From a virus (lineage: Duplodnaviria > Caudoviricetes), in IMG/VR virus record IMGVR_UViG_3300031993_000045, positions 1 to 64,000 of that record: a stretch of 64,000 nt of DNA, one strand, 5' to 3'. Below the pieces are notes generated by a model, which searched no databases, was not told the origin of the DNA, and was given only the letters and a program-made list of their open reading frames with translations. The translations under genes were made by a program, and so were the position numbers. Shown piece by piece: positions 1-10,372 of the stretch (positions are counted from its first letter, which is position 1; each line of letters starts with the position of its first letter).

Positions 1-655
1 CGTGGATAAAATTAGTCAACTCGTCCACATCATCAGTTACAAACTTCTCAACAATAGACTTAATGTTTTCTTTACTCATTGCATCAAATTTACGAACATA
101 TCTAATCCTTGAACATCTGTCCATGATGTACTCATTGAGTCTTGAATCGGAGTTACAAGTAAGAATACAAAGCTTTTTACCTGTATTTGTTATACCATCC
201 ATAAAACCTAACAAGTCTTCAGTATCCCAGTACTTCTCATTCTTGTCTATTTCATCAAAAACGATACATACTTCTGTATTGGGTGACTTACTAAAAAAGC
301 TAGTCAAATACTTAGTTGGACAATCGCTCGATACTACGATAATAGGTAAATCGCACGCCTGTGCAATCAACTTGGACATTACTGTCTTACCGGAGCCTTT
401 CAGACCGGTCAGCAGAACTCCTGTAGTGCTGCGGTTAGAAGACTTATGATAATTTAAAACTTTGGAGATGAATTTTTCATCAGATGCAGTTTTGAATACC
501 TTATCAGGCAACATAAACGTGTTATCTGAAACTTCCAAATACATACCATCGTCCCAATTATATCTTAGCGTATACACTTTACCTGCTTCGAGACTATAAT
601 CAAGACCATTAGGTCTTGCTACTACTTTACTTCCTGAGCGAAAAAATTCTTTCAT
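1..655 (-). CDS. AAA+ ATPase, truncated by the window start (missing from the ORF track)
   Basis: Manual translation from ATG 655 (ATGA overlap with the upstream gene): MKEFFRSG...TGLKGSGKT (Walker A)...VFDEIDK (Walker B); open to the window edge. Confidence 0.85.
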   Translation of the reverse strand, partial: MKEFFRSGSKVVARPNGLDYSLEAGKVYTLRYNWDDGMYLEVSDNTFMLPDKVFKTASDEKFISKVLNYHKSSNRSTTGVLLTGLKGSGKTVMSKLIAQACDLPIIVVSSDCPTKYLTSFFSKSPNTEVCIVFDEIDKNEKYWDTEDLLGFMDGITNTGKKLCILTCNSDSRLNEYIMDRCSRIRYVRKFDAMSKENIKSIVEKFVTDDVDELTNFIH

Positions 656-1053
656 GATTGTTTTTGCATTTTAATGTCTTCAATCATTTCATCGACCTGT
701 TTATGATTTCGTACTAGGTACAATTTCGCATTAGATCGATGTCTTTTCAGATAATGCTTGAAGAGTTTGTATCGTAACGGGAATGAATCTCCCATTAGTC
801 CTTTACACTCTACTATAAACCTCATACCATTGTATTTGCCCATGAAGTCTGGTAAATATGTAATTGGACGTATCTTTTCTCCATTGTACTCGAACTTTTC
901 AAGTAAAGTGAAATGCTTTGGCTCATAGAGTACTGGAATACCAGCGTTCATAAAAGCTTCATAAGTATAGAGTTCGAGTTTACTCCTAAAATGGATACCA
1001 TACTTATCGACCTTGGTCGCATTTCTTACTTTACCTTTCTTAGCAGATGCCAT
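652..1053 (-). CDS. PD-(D/E)XK nuclease, DUF1064-like
   Basis: Motifs GIHFRSKLE, YEP..F.L, ITYLPDF, IVECKG. Confidence 0.75.
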   Translation of the reverse strand: MASAKKGKVRNATKVDKYGIHFRSKLELYTYEAFMNAGIPVLYEPKHFTLLEKFEYNGEKIRPITYLPDFMGKYNGMRFIVECKGLMGDSFPLRYKLFKHYLKRHRSNAKLYLVRNHKQVDEMIEDIKMQKQS

Positions 1054-1216
1054 AACGACTCAACATATACAGTTCAGCCTTTGCAGCGATACGATCGAGT
1101 TCGTCTGCGACATACTTAAGAAATTTATCTTTTTTATATAATTTATACGTGAGCCAAACATTAAGACCTACAGAGAGTGTCAAAAGTCCAGCCAGAGTCA
1201 TACTTGCTTCACACAT
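1040..1216 (-). CDS. Small membrane protein, 58 aa (not in ORF track)
   Basis: MCEASMTLAGLLTLSVGLNVWLTYKLYKK...; fills the gap and overlaps both neighbours. Confidence 0.6.
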   Translation of the reverse strand: MCEASMTLAGLLTLSVGLNVWLTYKLYKKDKFLKYVADELDRIAAKAELYMLSRYGIC

Positions 1217-2180
1217 ATTCTTTTAATTCTTTAGTTAACCACTGTTTTATTGTATCAAATCCGTTAACTTTAACGGCATCAGATATATCTTTCGCAGCGA
1301 ATTTCTTATTCACGAAGAAGGCACGTAGATTGTACTTTTTACTGTACTCTCTGGCTTTCATCATGCCTGTTTTATCACGATCATATAGAATCAGTATGTT
1401 GTCATACTTTTTCTTTAGCTCATCCAACATCTCATCAGGAATGAAAGTTGTTTCGCTTGAAGGTGATACAGCATCAATACCCATCTCATATAAAACCATA
1501 ACGTCTTTCAACGATTTAGTTATGATGAGTAACTTCCTTTTGCCAGAAGGCAGTTGGGCAAATCCTTGAACATCACTAGTTGTCAAGTTAGTACGCCATT
1601 TAGTATACTTACTATTAAGAGGACGATAAATCTTAAACTTATCGTTCACTTTATAAGCATACATAGGATTTGTTTCTTTGTATATACCAGAGACTATTCG
1701 ATTACAAAGAAAGTATTTGATACTGAATACATTAAACTTATTAAGAGTAGGAATAGATATACCAAACTGTTGCCAATAGTTTTTGTCTATCTGTGTAAAA
1801 TCTTGTCTTACTATACCGATATCGGCAGAAGCGTTAGACTTATATTCTCGTTTTACGTCCCTTGTGCTTACGGGTGCGGTGTGACGTATAATCTTGAGCA
1901 ATTCCTTCTCTAGCTCAGCATCTGTATGGATGTTATTATAAGCTTTGACAAAAGTCAATGCATTACCAGCCAAACCTGAGCCGTGATCTTTGAACATCAA
2001 GTTACCCTGACGCCCTTTGAACACAGCAAAGCTTGGTATTTTGTCATCGTGTCGCAGAGGACTATTATACAATTTGCCTACCTTAAAGTTGCCCATATAG
2101 TAAGCAAATATATCATAGTCATCTAACTGTGATAGAATATCTGATAGTATCCCAAACGTAGCGTTTCTTGTACTATACAT
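1209..2180 (-). CDS. DNA primase (crAss type, TOPRIM domain)
   Basis: SPLRHDDKIPSF, FKDHGSG, TOPRIM-like LIITKSLKDVMVL and YDRDKTG; start moved to MYSTRN (2180). Confidence 0.85.
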   Translation of the reverse strand: MYSTRNATFGILSDILSQLDDYDIFAYYMGNFKVGKLYNSPLRHDDKIPSFAVFKGRQGNLMFKDHGSGLAGNALTFVKAYNNIHTDAELEKELLKIIRHTAPVSTRDVKREYKSNASADIGIVRQDFTQIDKNYWQQFGISIPTLNKFNVFSIKYFLCNRIVSGIYKETNPMYAYKVNDKFKIYRPLNSKYTKWRTNLTTSDVQGFAQLPSGKRKLLIITKSLKDVMVLYEMGIDAVSPSSETTFIPDEMLDELKKKYDNILILYDRDKTGMMKAREYSKKYNLRAFFVNKKFAAKDISDAVKVNGFDTIKQWLTKELKEYV

Positions 2181-2363
2181 ATCTGAAAGTTTAGTTGTCG
2201 GCAAGTCCGGAGTCGAACCAGAAGGGTGCAATACCCCAACGCCTTTTTCACGGATGTACTTTCGGAAACTTAACTCCGTTCCATCTTTTTCGCTACTTAC
2301 TTTCTTGCCGATTAGGAGGTGCAGCCAGATTCAATCCGGCAGCATAGCGCCCTTGTGCACCTC

Positions 2364-2549
2364 TTACTTGTCATTGCATACATGCCACATATACCATCCG
2401 AAGAATATAACAGCGCATAAGCCTAAGCCTATCCAATGCCAAACTTTCATCGGTTCTTGTGCCACACAATACAATGCTCCTATTGTTGCTGCCGCCGCGA
2501 CAGTAAACTTAAGGAGATTTTTTTGTTTTTTACTCAGATTCACCTTCAT
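2364..2549 (-). CDS. Small two-helix membrane protein
   Basis: MKVNLSKKQKNLLKFTVAAAATIGALYC...WHWIGLGLCAVIFFGWYMW. Confidence 0.55.
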   Translation of the reverse strand: MKVNLSKKQKNLLKFTVAAAATIGALYCVAQEPMKVWHWIGLGLCAVIFFGWYMWHVCNDK

Positions 2550-2718
2550 CGCTAAATGGACGAAATGGACCTGGTGGACCTGGAGGCGGTGGCGGCGGGC
2601 CTGGAGGTCCTGGTGGGTGATGTGGATGATGTGGTCCTGGACCACTCACACAACACATGTCTACACAAGGTTCACATTTGTGAACTCGCATAGAAGGTTT
2701 CAGATAACAATTTTTCAT
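2530..2718 (-). CDS. Pro/Gly/His-rich 62-aa peptide
   Basis: ATG with A-rich leader; MKNCYLKPSM...GPGPHHPHHPPGPPGPPPPPPGPPGP. Confidence 0.55.
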   Translation of the reverse strand: MKNCYLKPSMRVHKCEPCVDMCCVSGPGPHHPHHPPGPPGPPPPPPGPPGPFRPFSDEGESE

Positions 2719-2903
2719 GCGTCTGTTCCCATTGTTTAACGTTTTACTGAAGATTATTCTCCAGCTTTGGAAGCGATGTGAGATTCGGACTCACCTTAAT
2801 ACCCTACTGTAAATCGCCATGTGCAGAGGCTTTACTAGGCGTCGATACGTATCTAGTTACGTGCACAGTTGGGGCTCACTGAAGAGCCGCTCCACCAGCC
2901 ATA

Positions 2904-3533
2904 TTAAAATGGCAACTCATCTTTAGACCCTTCGTTTGCGAATGGGTTAGATGATGTAGACTCAGAACCCTGAGTACTGTTACCAGCAAGAGGATCGGCG
3001 TTAGCCTCGTTATCAGCCTGTACAGGACGCTCAAAGAGGTCTCGTGCAAACTTCTTAATCTGAGTCTCTTCGACAGTCATTGGCTCTACAAAGATTCCGT
3101 TACGGGAGATCGTTGTGTAACCCTTCTTGTCGTATACAACCTTTAGGCGCAATGCCTTCTTTATCGCAATCATTGGGGACAGCTTAGAGCTTACCCAATT
3201 TATCATATCGGCGAATGAGTTCAGTGTTGTGTCCTCAATCGTCTCGTAGAAGCAGTTGATAATCTGCATCATGCGTCCGAACTGTGCATTGTCTGCTTTC
3301 TGCAGATCGTCATCAGTCTTCGTATATAGTCCCTTCTCGTTCTTCCATTCGGACAAGCTTGCAGTCTGTCCGTTTTCATTCTCAAAGACAATCTCAAGGA
3401 AATCCTTGCCTGTTGGAGACTTCTTTACGTTAACCTCCTTGAGGTATACATTGTCGTTGATACCTGCAGACATATAGTCTGATGTGAACTCACTAGGGTT
3501 GATAGTTGCTGTTGCTGTAGTTGTATTGAACAT
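2904..3533 (-). CDS. Single-stranded DNA-binding protein (crAss type)
   Basis: Acidic C-terminal tail ending DELPF; adjacent to a Sak4-like ATPase in the replication module. Confidence 0.75.
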   Translation of the reverse strand: MFNTTTATATINPSEFTSDYMSAGINDNVYLKEVNVKKSPTGKDFLEIVFENENGQTASLSEWKNEKGLYTKTDDDLQKADNAQFGRMMQIINCFYETIEDTTLNSFADMINWVSSKLSPMIAIKKALRLKVVYDKKGYTTISRNGIFVEPMTVEETQIKKFARDLFERPVQADNEANADPLAGNSTQGSESTSSNPFANEGSKDELPF

Positions 3534-3566
3534 ATTTTATTTAGTTACTGTGTTAAACATCTGAAC

Positions 3567-4310
3567 TTACGCGTTCTTGTATACTTTATCCCAATATGTA
3601 GTAAGAGTACCATCTTCGTTACCTGTCGCAACAACGATGTCTTGTCCTCTTAAGTGTGGAGCACGAGCTTCTTTTGGAGTACCGTCACCACCTTTGAAAC
3701 TAATGTGTGTTTCGTTGCCTTTCCTGTACAGTAAGCCAACAGCATCAGCTTCACCACATATTATAGAACTCAGTTTACCAACAAGGTCAAGTGACATTTC
3801 TGACAACTCTTCACCATTATTGTTTACCTGAGTGTCCTTGACGTGTCCGACGAGAATGAACTCATCACACAAGCCTTTGAACATATCGATAACATTTCGC
3901 ACTGCTTGACGGATATAGAAGTATCCACCTCCGTTAGGCAATGTTCTTACATCGTTACCCTTATAGCTTTTGCCCATAGGGGTAGCCTGATATAATCGAA
4001 GTGCATACGAGAGACAAATCTCTTCCAAACGCGTAGCATTGTCTATAGTTATGCGTCTATAGAATGCATGTCCTACTTCTGCATTCTTAGCTCTAATGGC
4101 TTTAGCAGCTTCTCCAAGATCCTCAACCGACCTACATTGTATAGCCATTGCGTCTATAAATGTAGAACCGCCCTCGAGGTCTATAATAAGATTGTTGTCC
4201 AACTGTGCAAGACAAGAAGTCTTACCAGCCTTAGGACGACCATATATGATTAAGAACTTTGGATTAGTCGAAGTTGCTGGAACTTTAGTTGTAGGTAATA
4301 TCAAACTCAT
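3567..4310 (-). CDS. AAA_24 / Sak4-like ATPase (single-strand annealing)
   Basis: IYGRPKAGKTS Walker A, IIDLEGG, ITIDNATRLE, ILVGH motifs. Confidence 0.8.
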   Translation of the reverse strand: MSLILPTTKVPATSTNPKFLIIYGRPKAGKTSCLAQLDNNLIIDLEGGSTFIDAMAIQCRSVEDLGEAAKAIRAKNAEVGHAFYRRITIDNATRLEEICLSYALRLYQATPMGKSYKGNDVRTLPNGGGYFYIRQAVRNVIDMFKGLCDEFILVGHVKDTQVNNNGEELSEMSLDLVGKLSSIICGEADAVGLLYRKGNETHISFKGGDGTPKEARAPHLRGQDIVVATGNEDGTLTTYWDKVYKNA

Positions 4311-4318
4311 AAGGTTTA

Positions 4319-4834
4319 TTAGATATTAATGTAAATGTCAATGATATCCTTCTTGCGACTGTCAGACAGTGCATTGTAGATATACTTAGTTGCCTCATTA
4401 AGAGGGAGAAGCTCATAGCCGATCTGGATCTCATCAGCAAACATCTTTACTGGAGTTCCATCATCGAGCAGGAAGTCATACGTATCACCACTGTTCTTGC
4501 CAAGAAGATGTGCAAGAGCCTTAGAGAAAGTGATGTAGTCAGGCTTAACTGCCTTCTTACTAGGAATAAAGATATCGATAGTCTTCTTATTCTCACCCTT
4601 AGTAAAGGTGTATGTCTTACCGCTCTTAAGCTTACCATTGTTAGTATAACCAAAAGCGTCATCAATGATGATAGTCTTAGAAGATGGCTCACTCTTACCG
4701 AAAAGATAAGGAGCAGTCTTCTTTAGATTAGTAAGTATAAGATTGTCAATATACGCAGAAGCGCTACCGAAATTACTGGGATTATTATTCTTCTTACTCT
4801 TGTTAATAGTGATATCGATATTGTATGTTTTCAT
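4319..4834 (-). CDS. Hypothetical protein
   Basis: ORF track; start moved to MKTYNI. Confidence 0.65.
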   Translation of the reverse strand: MKTYNIDITINKSKKNNNPSNFGSASAYIDNLILTNLKKTAPYLFGKSEPSSKTIIIDDAFGYTNNGKLKSGKTYTFTKGENKKTIDIFIPSKKAVKPDYITFSKALAHLLGKNSGDTYDFLLDDGTPVKMFADEIQIGYELLPLNEATKYIYNALSDSRKKDIIDIYINI

Positions 4835-4844
4835 AATTTTCAGC

Positions 4845-5798
4845 CTAATTTTTGGACTCAACATCTGGCTCGATCAGATTGTTATAAGCAAGGTCGTTTT
4901 CGAACTCAAGAATACAGGGCTTTCCTGCATCCCTATTTTTCAGAATATGCATATATACTTTATTCTGTGTTGGCAGACGATTAGGACCGTACTCCTGGAT
5001 ACCCAGTGTCTCTGGTCGATGAATGACTAGAACATAGTCACTTGCTTGGAATATTGAGTCAGATGAACTAATGTCACTACGCATCGGATAGTGTGCGAGT
5101 GGATTATTTATCCTTTGAGGATCTTCTATGTTTCGGTTCATCTGTGCTAATTGGACAACAGATGTTAAGGGTAGCTTCTTAAGCTTAATAAATACTTCTT
5201 GGAGCTCACTAAGAGTTTCCAACGTTGATCCCACTCGTTTCGTGAGTAGAGCATGGTCATAAGTTATGACAAAGTATTTCCCTTTACCTTTTACTTCCTC
5301 GTTATAGAAAGCCATAGCTGTTCGTAGTACATCGTCAGGACTTAACGGATCATCTACAAAGTAGATAGGATAAGTCATGAGCTGGTTGGAAACATCGACA
5401 ATCTTTCCGAAAGTTTCATCGTCGAGGTCCTGATTAGAACTATACAACTCAGAAGTCGTTTTCCTGAGCTTATTAGAAAGCGTCCTTCCGACCTGCCTAA
5501 ATCCAACCATCTCCAAAGAGAAATTAAGTACTACTATATCCTTTCCAGGATTGAGGTCAATCAAATCAGTCGACAATTCGTTCACGAATGAACTCTTGCC
5601 CGATCCAGAAATGCCTGTGATAGTCATAACTATATTAGGTTCAATACCTCCCATACACACCCGATTAAGCTTTTTCCATCTTGTTTTTAGTGAACTTATC
5701 TTGTGTTCTTTTCTTGACTTTATATAGTCTACTGCTTCTTTCGTTACAGCAGACATTGGTCGCCAAGGTCTTTTATAGGAGTTCTGTTCCATATGCAT
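4845..5798 (-). CDS. DnaB-like (SF4) replicative helicase, motor domain
   Basis: ITGISGSGKS, FSLEM, YDHALL, LAQMNR, DISSSDSIFQASDYV, ILKNRD. Confidence 0.9.
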   Translation of the reverse strand: MHMEQNSYKRPWRPMSAVTKEAVDYIKSRKEHKISSLKTRWKKLNRVCMGGIEPNIVMTITGISGSGKSSFVNELSTDLIDLNPGKDIVVLNFSLEMVGFRQVGRTLSNKLRKTTSELYSSNQDLDDETFGKIVDVSNQLMTYPIYFVDDPLSPDDVLRTAMAFYNEEVKGKGKYFVITYDHALLTKRVGSTLETLSELQEVFIKLKKLPLTSVVQLAQMNRNIEDPQRINNPLAHYPMRSDISSSDSIFQASDYVLVIHRPETLGIQEYGPNRLPTQNKVYMHILKNRDAGKPCILEFENDLAYNNLIEPDVESKN

Positions 5799-6339
5799 CT
5801 TGTGTCTTAGTTACAACATCAGCCAATTCCGCTTCAGTTTCTTCCCACTGATGGTCTACTAACCATCTCCACATAGTCTTCATATAACTCATCTTGCCTG
5901 TTGCAGTCTTTCTTTCGATTTCGTGCTTCAGGCAATCGTTGATATGCTCTGCAAAAGCAAAGTTTTTACCAACATATGTGTTATACAGGTGTCTACATTT
6001 ATTTATGTTTGCTCTCAGATAACTTTTCGAGCCATCTGGTCGAAAAACATAAACTGGGTATAGATCATAGAACAAATCGAAATAGTCCCTTTCGGGCGTT
6101 ACAATTTTAGCTGTCATTTCGGTAGGTTCATAGACTATAGATCCACCTCTCTCGATCGAGGTGATAAGTCCCTGTTGCAATAAGTATGATATTTCGTCGT
6201 CGCTAATTAGGCTGACAATCTTGCGGACGTCTTGATTTCTTTTTTGATTTCTATCCAATACCATACTTAGGAACACTAACTGATTCAGATTGATTTTTAC
6301 TGGTAAATCCAGTAACTTTGTTTCCAAATTTATTGTCAT
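5773..6339 (-). CDS. Replication-module protein with a putative HTH (helicase loader/initiator-like)
   Basis: Lies between PolB and helicase; FYDLYP motif; function inferred from position. Confidence 0.5.
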   Translation of the reverse strand: MTINLETKLLDLPVKINLNQLVFLSMVLDRNQKRNQDVRKIVSLISDDEISYLLQQGLITSIERGGSIVYEPTEMTAKIVTPERDYFDLFYDLYPVYVFRPDGSKSYLRANINKCRHLYNTYVGKNFAFAEHINDCLKHEIERKTATGKMSYMKTMWRWLVDHQWEETEAELADVVTKTQDAYGTELL

Positions 6340-6374
6340 ACTCTTATACTCAACGGTTAACGAGTGAATTTGGA

Positions 6375-8414
6375 CTATGCAAACAGATCAAGCTGTCTGC
6401 ACTTTAGTTTTTCGACTATCTTCCTAGCTTCGCTAAGATAATAACCGTAGTTGATGTGTCTGCATTTAATGTCCGCATCATCGTATGTGTTTAACAAAGT
6501 AACTCCAGATTTAGTAAGAAGATTATAGTGTTGTATATCAGTATACGTTTCTATATGTTTTGTATATGTAGATATGATTTTATAATCAGAATCGTACCAT
6601 TTTGGTCCGTTTTCACTGAAATCACTTTCTGGACAGTCTATAATGGAACCGTCTTTGAATCTACATTTACACCATACTTCATCGTGCTCTGACACTTTTG
6701 TCTTCTTCACCTTATATAGGTTACGTCCGTTAGTGGACGCATAAAATCTGTTGATACGTTGTACTTTTTCATCACCATATTCTACAGTGAATTTCTTGTC
6801 TACACGTTGTCCCATCATGAATTTCTTTATGTCTGTGCATTCTTTTATAGTCTTCTCCAATGGGACACCTTCGACGAAATATTTAATAACTGCTTCAGGT
6901 ATAATGACAGGTGTAAGTCCTTTACCTAACTTTGTTTCAGTTATAAACATTCCCTTCCTTTCTATCAGATTTGGATCTCCAGATTGAGAGTATCCGTCTT
7001 CGACCCCGAAATAGTCGTTGACAGCGTACTGATAAAACGCTTCATAGTGATTGCCTTCGAAAGAGAGCTGTGTAAGTCGCTCAAGTTCAGCCACCGATTC
7101 TTGCAAATGGCTTTCAATTTCCTTTTTTGCGACGTACATAACACCGTCAGTGTTCACCTGTACAATCTTACAGCCATACTGTAGAAGAATATCTACAAGC
7201 ATGAGCAGAACCAACTGTCCGTTGATTCTAATCTTGAACACACTAAATGGATCGTACATCCAACTAGTCTCTTGTTGCATTTTCCCTGTAACAGAATTAA
7301 GAACCAATTTAAGAGCTAAGTTCTTAAGCTTCTGTCCACTATGTTTAGCCGTAATTCGCTCATTATAGAGCGCAGTGTATACATCGATACCTGCTTTACC
7401 TAAGTGCCTAGGAAACCACCCATAGCGCACGATAAATGATGGATACATTGATGCTACGTCAAGGTGTCCAACGTATTCATCATCTTTAGGAACGAATATC
7501 TCAGGATCATTAAGTGAATGGATGCCACCAACTCCCACTGAGAATCGTGTATTCGAGAGAACAAACTTCTTCTCGTAGCCTTTTCGTTCTTTTGAGTAGA
7601 CCACTTGCTCTTTCATCTCCTCAAGAACATTTTGTAGCGTTCGGTTTTTATAAGATATGAACGGAAGAATCACATCTTTGAGTGGAATATAATCCATAGG
7701 TGAGCGCATCTCCTTCAATTCATTGTAAGAGATGTTCATCTGCTCGCACACCTTTTTTGCAAGCAATGTCTCACCGAATTTCACGCTATCCATAGAATAG
7801 GCGTTAATTCCATACTCTTCTTCGATCCATGCTCTTAGCTCTACATCCTTTTTGAGGCTGTTTAGCAATTGAGTAGTAGAGTTAACATCGTTTATGTTAT
7901 ACTCTATCATTTCGTCAATCTCCTCTTTTGGAAGAAACTTATCGAAATCCCCATGATACTCAAGAACATTAGGATAATGCATTGTTAACTGCATTTCCTT
8001 CAGTCCCACTCTTAACTTTGATGAAAACATCATAGTAAGTATATCTATGGATTCGAAGAAGTGTGCGTATTTCCACTTTTTGAAAGGTTCTATATTTCCT
8101 TCTTCAGCTTGTACAATTGCTTGTGATAAGTTGAATAAGGAATCAGTTCCTTTCTGGTATAAGATAGTATCAAACTTCGAACAATAGTCAATGATGTAGT
8201 TTACCACAACATCGTCGTAATGATGATTATTATAACCAGCAAATACGAGATCTTTCCTTAGAAAGAACTTAACTAAGTCCTGTATTTGATTCTTTCTTAC
8301 TGAATATTCGAACAAATGTAGTTCACTTGTCTCTGTATTTCTACAGCAACAATGAAATACGTTCGGAAATACCTCTATGTCGTATACTACGACGGGTTTA
8401 TTGTGAATTAACAT
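6375..8414 (-). CDS. DNA polymerase family B
   Basis: Exonuclease VYDIEVF and GYNNHHYD; polymerase motifs DVASMYPS, KLVLNSVTGK, NTDGV. Confidence 0.92.
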   Translation of the reverse strand: MLIHNKPVVVYDIEVFPNVFHCCCRNTETSELHLFEYSVRKNQIQDLVKFFLRKDLVFAGYNNHHYDDVVVNYIIDYCSKFDTILYQKGTDSLFNLSQAIVQAEEGNIEPFKKWKYAHFFESIDILTMMFSSKLRVGLKEMQLTMHYPNVLEYHGDFDKFLPKEEIDEMIEYNINDVNSTTQLLNSLKKDVELRAWIEEEYGINAYSMDSVKFGETLLAKKVCEQMNISYNELKEMRSPMDYIPLKDVILPFISYKNRTLQNVLEEMKEQVVYSKERKGYEKKFVLSNTRFSVGVGGIHSLNDPEIFVPKDDEYVGHLDVASMYPSFIVRYGWFPRHLGKAGIDVYTALYNERITAKHSGQKLKNLALKLVLNSVTGKMQQETSWMYDPFSVFKIRINGQLVLLMLVDILLQYGCKIVQVNTDGVMYVAKKEIESHLQESVAELERLTQLSFEGNHYEAFYQYAVNDYFGVEDGYSQSGDPNLIERKGMFITETKLGKGLTPVIIPEAVIKYFVEGVPLEKTIKECTDIKKFMMGQRVDKKFTVEYGDEKVQRINRFYASTNGRNLYKVKKTKVSEHDEVWCKCRFKDGSIIDCPESDFSENGPKWYDSDYKIISTYTKHIETYTDIQHYNLLTKSGVTLLNTYDDADIKCRHINYGYYLSEARKIVEKLKCRQLDLFA

Positions 8415-8448
8415 TGACTTATAGTTCGAGTTAATAGGTTGTTAATGT

Positions 8449-9480
8449 TTATGCGGCAACTCCAAGTGCTGTAAACCTTCGTGCGTTTTCCAACACTTTA
8501 CGTTCTTGTTCTTCCCCAAGCTTTCGATAGTATGGATTCAATGAGTCTAAATGCATCAAAGATCCTTTGACGTTTCCATACTCATCATATAGTTTTAGAC
8601 CAATCAGAGATTCACCGTCATACAGTTTTGGGAAATGCATTATACGATACATTAACTTTGAAACCATCAGCTTATAAGGCAATGGTTCGTGGTTATATCG
8701 TGTAAAATCATATCCGCCATATTCCGGCTCTACCTCTTCTTTTTCCCATACTCCAAATCCTCCAGGAAGATTCGTATTTGGGAATCGTCGCACTGAGAAT
8801 AAGCGGTACTTATATACCTTGTTTTTGGCACCACAGAAGCGCTCTGACAGCATATTTCGTACTCGCTCTACCTCTAGTCCACGCTTAGTTTTATAAGCCG
8901 CTAGAAGCTCTTTTGGAAATAGGTCATAAGACAGACCTTTTCCGTCTGGAACAGGGTTCTTTCGATCCCATTTTTCCATTTTGTGAAGTTCGTACATGTG
9001 ACATTTCTTAGCCAATCCCATCTCGTTAGACCTACGCTTACGAGCTAGGATAGGCTCGTTTGTGAATTTGTTCCAGAACACGCGTCCTTTACGATCCATC
9101 TTCTGCTTTGCCTTTCCATCAGCATCGCGTACGATAAATGTCTCCATCTTCATACGATCTTCTTTTGTGAGACTCTTAGGAAGCTTTAACAAGCCTTCCT
9201 TCTTCATCTCTTTCACCTTCTTATCATAATCTTTGACTATAATAGTACGTCGTTGTAGATTGTTAACCTTAACAGCATACTTGTATGAGTTTAACTTCTG
9301 TATATAGTCATGCTTTTTGATGTCCGGTGCTTGGAATCGCTTAATCAGTTGATCAAGAGGCTCACGTCCAAGACGTTTAGCAAACTCACGACCCTTCTTA
9401 GAGTTCATCCACTTCTTTAAAATATCTAGTGACGCATAAAATGCGTTCAAATCTTCGTATACTTTCTTTAAAGGTTTCAT
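8449..9480 (-). CDS. Hypothetical basic protein, 343 aa
   Basis: Long uninterrupted ORF; no motif recognised. Confidence 0.7.
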   Translation of the reverse strand: MKPLKKVYEDLNAFYASLDILKKWMNSKKGREFAKRLGREPLDQLIKRFQAPDIKKHDYIQKLNSYKYAVKVNNLQRRTIIVKDYDKKVKEMKKEGLLKLPKSLTKEDRMKMETFIVRDADGKAKQKMDRKGRVFWNKFTNEPILARKRRSNEMGLAKKCHMYELHKMEKWDRKNPVPDGKGLSYDLFPKELLAAYKTKRGLEVERVRNMLSERFCGAKNKVYKYRLFSVRRFPNTNLPGGFGVWEKEEVEPEYGGYDFTRYNHEPLPYKLMVSKLMYRIMHFPKLYDGESLIGLKLYDEYGNVKGSLMHLDSLNPYYRKLGEEQERKVLENARRFTALGVAA

Positions 9481-9570
9481 ATTGATTATGTTTAGAAAAA
9501 GTTGTGATTATAGTCGGTCTCGATCCAACTCCCTTTAAGGGCGCCCAAAGCATTATAATCTTTGTGTTAT

Positions 9571-10119
9571 TTATACTGTTGCGTCAAGCTTAAAATCGTC
9601 ATCTGTGATCTCAAGCGTTGTGTTATCGTTGAACTTAGCGATCTCTGCATCGATCTTGTTAATCTCAAGCTGGAGGTTCTTCTTAATAGAAGCAATCTTT
9701 GCAGAAGAGAAAATCTCTGTCTTACCAAGACCCTTAGCACCTGCTTTAGCCTTAAGAGCTGGGTTCAGAGTGTGCTTCTTGAGAATCTCCTCCCAATGAG
9801 CAAGCTGCTCCTTGAGCTCACAAGCCTTATAGATACGATAGTAATGGGTCTTCTTAGCCTCATCGAAATCAAACTTAGTAATACCATTGTTGATGGCATT
9901 GAGCATAAGCTTAGTCTTGATGAGCTTGTCTGACATCTGGAGGATCTGGTTATGAAGTACCTTAAGGTCGCAGCCTGAGCCAAGACCAGCCTTCTTCTCC
10001 TTATTAGACATTACGTTCTCTGACTTGATGATTTTCCAATACTTTGTCTTATCCTTACAAATGTTATCGCGAAGTGTAATAATATCCTTTGATGTAAACT
10101 TAATTGATTTCTTATTCAT
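9571..10119 (-). CDS. Hypothetical coiled-coil protein
   Basis: ORF with strong high-expression codon bias (AAG, CTT, GCT). Confidence 0.75.
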   Translation of the reverse strand: MNKKSIKFTSKDIITLRDNICKDKTKYWKIIKSENVMSNKEKKAGLGSGCDLKVLHNQILQMSDKLIKTKLMLNAINNGITKFDFDEAKKTHYYRIYKACELKEQLAHWEEILKKHTLNPALKAKAGAKGLGKTEIFSSAKIASIKKNLQLEINKIDAEIAKFNDNTTLEITDDDFKLDATV

Positions 10120-10372
10120 GTGTATATTGTTTAGTTAGAAATAATTGAGTTCATCGTCTGCCTAGTAAGTATGATAGGACTCAAACCTATGCGTTACTCA
10201 AAACCGTAATCATACCTGTGTTGGAGGCAGAAGGGTAGCATTTTCTGCTACTCTTCCACCCTATATAGTGTATAATAGAATTTTCGATCAAAAAACATAC
10301 TTCTTGAAGCGAAAGCCTTTTCGCCTCAGTTTTCTGCCCTGTTGTTCTAGATGGTAAACAATCGCCTGATTG

